Positions 55,941 to 60,161 of a stretch of 60,161 nucleotides of DNA are shown here, in pieces. The DNA is from Candidatus Fraserbacteria bacterium (GTDB lineage Bacteria > Bipolaricaulota > Bipolaricaulia > RBG-16-55-9): assembly GCA_037442925.1 (NCBI GenBank), contig JBBIPG010000005.1:1-60161 (forward strand), given 5' to 3'. Numbering within the stretch: the first letter of the stretch is position 1; each line of letters starts with the position of its first letter. Below the pieces are notes generated by a model. That model worked only from the letters and a program-made list of their open reading frames with translations. It made no database searches and was not told the origin of the DNA. The position numbers were made by a program, and so were the translations under genes.

Positions 55941-57659
55941 ATGGCGCTAGATTTCACAAGACTGCCACGCGAGTATCCCCGTCGCTTCGTGCCCCAAACG
56001 CTTGATCTTGGAAAGTGGTCTGCTATTGAACCCATATTCGATGAACTCGACCAACGGCCTCTTACGACACGCGAAAGCCTCGAAACGTGGCTTCTGGACC
56101 AGTCAGAGTTGGCCTCTACTGTGCATGAGGAAGGCTCGATCCGTTACATCCGCATGACATGCCAGACAGATAACCCAGACTATGAGAAAGCGTATCTTCA
56201 CTTTGTGGAAGAGATCGAGCCACGCATCAAGCCACGCTTCCAACGCTTGAGAGAGCGCTATCTCAAGAACCCAGCTCGCAGCAAGCTCCCCCAGACTCGC
56301 TATGCTCTTCTGGATAGAAAGACCGAGAACGCGGTGGAGATCTTTCGCCACGAGAACGTGCCACTCGAAACGGAAGATGACAAACTGGGTCAGCAGTATC
56401 AGAAGATCTGTGGAGCGATGACCGTCCAGTTCGACGGCAAGGAACAGACGCTCCCACAGATGGCCCGCTATCTCGAAGAGACAAATCGGGATGCGCGTCG
56501 CAAGGCTTGGGAACTGGTGGCAGAGCGACGCCTGCAGGATCGCCAAGAGATCGATGAGATCTACGATAAGTTGATCGATCTTCGACAACAGATGGCTGTG
56601 AACGCCGGCTTCGAAGACTTCTGCGCTCTGGCTTTCCGGCGCTACGAGCGGTTTGACTACTCTCCCGAAGATTGCCTTCGCTACCACGAGGCCGTAGAGA
56701 ACTATATTGTGCCGCTACGACGAGAACTTCAGAAGCAGAGGCAACGCGAGATGAAGCTCTCGGAACTTCGGCCTTGGGATCTCAATGTCGACCCAGAAGG
56801 ACGCCCACCTCTTCGCCCGTTCGCTGCAGCCAATGAGCTCATCGCAGGCTGTGAGGAGATCTTCCGCCAAGTCGATCCTGAACTCGGAGAGCAATTCCAG
56901 CAGATGGCCGAGTTGGGCCTCTTGGATCTAGAGAGTCGCAAGGGCAAGGCACCCGGAGGATATCAAGCGACGCTCTCGGAGCATCGCCTGCCGTTCATCT
57001 TCATGAACGCCGTGGGGCGCGATGGCGATGTGCGCACGCTCCTCCACGAAGGGGGTCATGCCTTCCACATGTTCGCCGCGCGCAGCGAGCCACTACTGGC
57101 TTATCGTCATGCACCCACAGAGTTTTGCGAAGTCGCCTCGATGAGTATGGAACTGTTGAGTTCGCCTTATCTAGAGACGTTCTACTCTCCTCGAGATGCC
57201 GAGCGCTCACGAAGGGAGCATCTGGAAGGCATCGTCTGGATGCTCACCTGGATTGCTACCATTGATGCCTTCCAGCACTGGATCTACACCCATCCCAAGC
57301 ACACGCACAAAGAACGTCAGGAGCAGTGGCTGGAACTCCATCGCCGCTTTGGTGGCATCGAAAGTTGGGAAGGCTACGAGGACGCACTGCGGTACGCTTG
57401 GCAGCGCCAACTCCATCTCTTCCTCCATCCCTTCTATTACATTGAGTATGGGATCGCTCAGCTGGGGGCACTCGGCCTCTGGCTCCATGCTCAAGAGGAT
57501 CAAGCCGAGGCTGTCCGAGCCTATCGCGCTGCTCTGGCGCTCGGCGGCTCTCAGCCGCTGCCTCAGCTCTTCCAGGCTGCGGGATTGCCGTTCGACTTCG
57601 GGGCCAAAGCCGTGGGGCGTGCGGCCGAGGGCTTGCACCAGGCACTTGAAATCTCTTAA
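55941..57659 (+). CDS. M3 family oligoendopeptidase
   Basis: KGKAPGGY, TLLHEGGHAFH, EVASMSME, PFYYIEY. Confidence 0.93.
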   Translation: MALDFTRLPREYPRRFVPQTLDLGKWSAIEPIFDELDQRPLTTRESLETWLLDQSELASTVHEEGSIRYIRMTCQTDNPDYEKAYLHFVEEIEPRIKPRFQRLRERYLKNPARSKLPQTRYALLDRKTENAVEIFRHENVPLETEDDKLGQQYQKICGAMTVQFDGKEQTLPQMARYLEETNRDARRKAWELVAERRLQDRQEIDEIYDKLIDLRQQMAVNAGFEDFCALAFRRYERFDYSPEDCLRYHEAVENYIVPLRRELQKQRQREMKLSELRPWDLNVDPEGRPPLRPFAAANELIAGCEEIFRQVDPELGEQFQQMAELGLLDLESRKGKAPGGYQATLSEHRLPFIFMNAVGRDGDVRTLLHEGGHAFHMFAARSEPLLAYRHAPTEFCEVASMSMELLSSPYLETFYSPRDAERSRREHLEGIVWMLTWIATIDAFQHWIYTHPKHTHKERQEQWLELHRRFGGIESWEGYEDALRYAWQRQLHLFLHPFYYIEYGIAQLGALGLWLHAQEDQAEAVRAYRAALALGGSQPLPQLFQAAGLPFDFGAKAVGRAAEGLHQALEIS

Positions 57660-57757
57660 GTGCTGAGATAGCGCTCCTTGACAAGAATCATGGCTTCCTG
57701 TGCCTCTCTTTATGGTATACTATTGTGTGTGAGACCCAGAAAGGAGAGGGACCGGCT

Positions 57758-58936
57758 GTGAGCGCAAAGACGGATACTGTTGTCATTGTTGATGCCGTGC
57801 GCACACCTATAGGCAAGTTTCAAGGACGAGTCTCCCAGTTCAGCGCGACGGAGTTGGGTGCTCACGTGATTCGCGCACTCAAGGAGCGAAATCATCTTAC
57901 GGGCGATGAGGTCGATGAGGTGATCTTAGGAAGTGTAGTCCAAGCCGGCTTAGGTCAGGCTCCGGCGAGACAGGCCTCGATCCGTGGGGGGCTTTCGCCT
58001 AGTGTGCCTGCTGTAGCTGTTAACAAAGTCTGTGGCTCAGGACTCAAGGCGGTCATCATGGCCACGCAAGCGCTCAAATGCGGTGACGCCAAAATTGTAG
58101 TCGCCGGTGGAATGGAGTCGATGAGCAATGCCCCTTATTTATTAAACGGGGCTCGCCAAGGCCTGCGCTATGGTGATCAGAAGTTTATCGATGCCATGAT
58201 CTACGATGGTCTCTGGTGTGCCTTCGAGGGACACCACATGGGCCATTCTGCGGAATACACGGCGAAGAAATCCGGCATCTCGCGAGCCGATCAAGATCGA
58301 TTCGCGCTGGAGAGTCACCGCAAGGCGATCCGAGCCGCGGGAGAAGGCAAGTTCAAGAATGAACTCATTCCGCTCATGGCAAAGGACGGCCCGATTGATC
58401 GCGATGAGTCGCCGCGGGCTGACACTTCGCTGGAAAAGCTCGCACAACTAAAGCCAGCCTTTCAGGAGAATGGCACGGTCACAGCAGGAAACGCGCCAGG
58501 CCTGAACGACGGCGCTTCAGCGCTTCTCATCACCACACGTCTGGAAGCCCGCAAGCGGGATTGGAAGCCGTTGGCTGAGATTGTCGAGTACGCTGTAGCG
58601 GCCACGGAACCTTTGGATCTCTTCTATGCCCCTGTCTTTTCGACCCGTATGCTTCTCGACAAGATGGGAATTGGGGTGGATCACTTCGATCTCATCGAGG
58701 TCAATGAGGCATTCGCTTCCCAAACCCTGGCGGACGGGAAAGAGTTGGAGTGGGACTGGGAGCGCGTTAACGTGAATGGCGGCGCGATTGCTCTAGGCCA
58801 CCCGATTGGTGCGAGCGGAGCACGCATTCTCACCACGCTCGTCTGGGCGATGCAGGATCGCGGAGCGGAGACGGGGCTGGCCACGATCTGTATGGGCGGT
58901 GGCAACGGGATCTCGCTGGCCGTGAAGCGCGCCTAG
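57758..58936 (+). CDS. Acetyl-CoA acetyltransferase (thiolase)
   Basis: NKVCGSG, NEAFA, GHPIGASG, CMGGG. Confidence 0.95.
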   Translation: MSAKTDTVVIVDAVRTPIGKFQGRVSQFSATELGAHVIRALKERNHLTGDEVDEVILGSVVQAGLGQAPARQASIRGGLSPSVPAVAVNKVCGSGLKAVIMATQALKCGDAKIVVAGGMESMSNAPYLLNGARQGLRYGDQKFIDAMIYDGLWCAFEGHHMGHSAEYTAKKSGISRADQDRFALESHRKAIRAAGEGKFKNELIPLMAKDGPIDRDESPRADTSLEKLAQLKPAFQENGTVTAGNAPGLNDGASALLITTRLEARKRDWKPLAEIVEYAVAATEPLDLFYAPVFSTRMLLDKMGIGVDHFDLIEVNEAFASQTLADGKELEWDWERVNVNGGAIALGHPIGASGARILTTLVWAMQDRGAETGLATICMGGGNGISLAVKRA

Positions 58937-59758
58937 ATGAAGATCGCCTTTCAAGGAGAGCCAGGAGCCTACAGCCACGAGGCCATCCTTGCCCATTGGG
59001 GGCAAGGCCACAAAATTACTCCCTCAAAGACGTTCAAAGAGGTCTTCGAGCGCACGACTTCTGGCGAGGCCGACTGTGGCTTCTTGCCGCTAGAAAACTC
59101 GCTCACCGGCAGCATTCACGAAGTGTATGATCTTTTGCTCGAGTATCCGTTGTTCATCATCGGCGAGGCATTTCTAAAAATCGAGCACGCGCTTTTGGGG
59201 TTGCCAGGCAGTCGAATGGAGCAGATTGAGCACATCTATTCGCACCCGCAGGCGCTCTGGCAATGTGAGACTTTTCTGGAGACAGTAGAAGCGCAACGCC
59301 ATGCTTTCTATGACACAGCTGGAGCAGCGAGATGGGTTGCCGAACAGAAAGATCCCAGAAACGCCGCGATAGCGGGAAGACTTACAGCTCGGCTCTATGG
59401 GCTTGTGGTACTGAAAGAGAGCATTGCTACTTCAAAAGAAAACACCACGCGCTTCATTGCGATTGCTCGCAACCAGTTATCTTCTTGTCCACAGGGAGCC
59501 TGCAAAACATCCGTGGTGATTGAACTTCCTCACGAGCCGGGAGCGCTCCATCGGGCTCTTGAGCCGTTTGCTAAGCGGGGCATCAATCTCACAAAACTCG
59601 AATCACGGCCCCTGCGCACGGAGAACTGGCAGTATCGCTTCTATCTGGACTTCGAGGGTTACCAAGACGATTCGCCCATTCAGAGAGCACTGGAAGAACT
59701 AAAAGAGCATGTGGTGCATTTAAGGGTGTTAGGGTCCTATCCTCAGGGTACGATGTGA
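58937..59758 (+). CDS. pheA: Prephenate dehydratase with ACT domain
   Basis: FQGEPGAYS, PLENS, SHPQAL.QC, NTTRF, NLTKLESRP. Confidence 0.95.
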   Translation: MKIAFQGEPGAYSHEAILAHWGQGHKITPSKTFKEVFERTTSGEADCGFLPLENSLTGSIHEVYDLLLEYPLFIIGEAFLKIEHALLGLPGSRMEQIEHIYSHPQALWQCETFLETVEAQRHAFYDTAGAARWVAEQKDPRNAAIAGRLTARLYGLVVLKESIATSKENTTRFIAIARNQLSSCPQGACKTSVVIELPHEPGALHRALEPFAKRGINLTKLESRPLRTENWQYRFYLDFEGYQDDSPIQRALEELKEHVVHLRVLGSYPQGTM

Positions 59759-59799
59759 TATAATAGCCTCCGATCATGTGGGGCGCATGGGAAAACTAG

Positions 59800-59952
59800 A
59801 TGGCACGCGTACCTCTCACGGATGCTGAGGTTGCAAAGATCCTCCAGGCACCCAAGATTGTTGAAGAGAACGTGCAGTGGCATCTAGATCCTAACCCAAG
59901 TTGGGCCAAATGTGAACTTGCTGTTGAGAATAAGCTGAAGGCCAGCCTGTAA
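59800..59952 (+). pseudogene. Probable truncated gene fragment (50 aa)
   Basis: MARVPLTDAEVAKILQAPKIVEENVQW...; reads like a protein N-terminus that stops just before a possible IS. Confidence 0.35.
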
Positions 59953-60034
59953 AGAGTGTAACATTGAGTTTAGGGGAAAGTTTTCAGCTCTGCCGCCGCA
60001 GGAAGCATCGCTGTTCAAGGAGATGTAACTCATG

Positions 60035-60161
60035 GGTAGTCTCCCTGATGTGTGCAGTTAAGGGTGAGGTAAGCTAAGATGGTTACGGTGATCTATCATG
60101 CGGATCTTCAAGAAACGCCCTTGCCTCAACCCAGACTGCCCCAACTATGGTTCCTTTTCTC
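60035..60161 (+). mobile_element. Possible left end of an IS1-like element (partial)
   Basis: ORF from ATG 60098, MRIFKKRPCLNPDCPNYG, resembles the N-terminal zinc ribbon of IS1-family transposases; GGTAGT candidate IR start; only about 21 codons visible. Confidence 0.4.

Noticed and set aside
57988-58001. GGGCTTTCGCCT match to the end of the candidate DGR VR (possible template repeat)
   Set aside because: Short match inside the thiolase CDS with no upstream AAC-rich homology; chance

Overview
Gene-dense bacterial chromosomal window. The lineage is not established; gene content and protein style suggest a deep-branching diderm, tentatively Bipolaricaulota/Acetothermia-like (inference only). 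Housekeeping blocks: POTRA/BamA-like protein (partial), comM-yraN, DUF5693-csaB-rsmH-ftsL-ftsI, recA-recX, pyrD-pyrC, tRNA-Ser x2 plus large SRP RNA, mnmA, lipA-E1alpha-E1beta-E1beta-E3 (no E2), menA-like prenyltransferase, polyprenyl synthase, spoVS-argS-ftsY, coaBC, a two-component pair, tRNA-Pro-dnaX-ybaB-recR, a pspA-TPM-TPM-lemA operon, oligoendopeptidase, thiolase and pheA. Two accessory islands hold most of the unusual signal. (1) About 3.1-7.6 kb: two paralogous, translationally coupled membrane-microprotein gene pairs, a TA module bracketed by direct repeats, and a palindromic repeat family. (2) About 23-30.8 kb: an array of secreted proteins with shared promoters and signal peptides, duplicated C-terminal modules each followed by a TA pair, and an FGE/C-type-lectin gene whose 3' end looks like a diversity-generating-retroelement variable region (no RT or template repeat seen in the window). 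All product calls come from motif recognition by eye; no searches were run.
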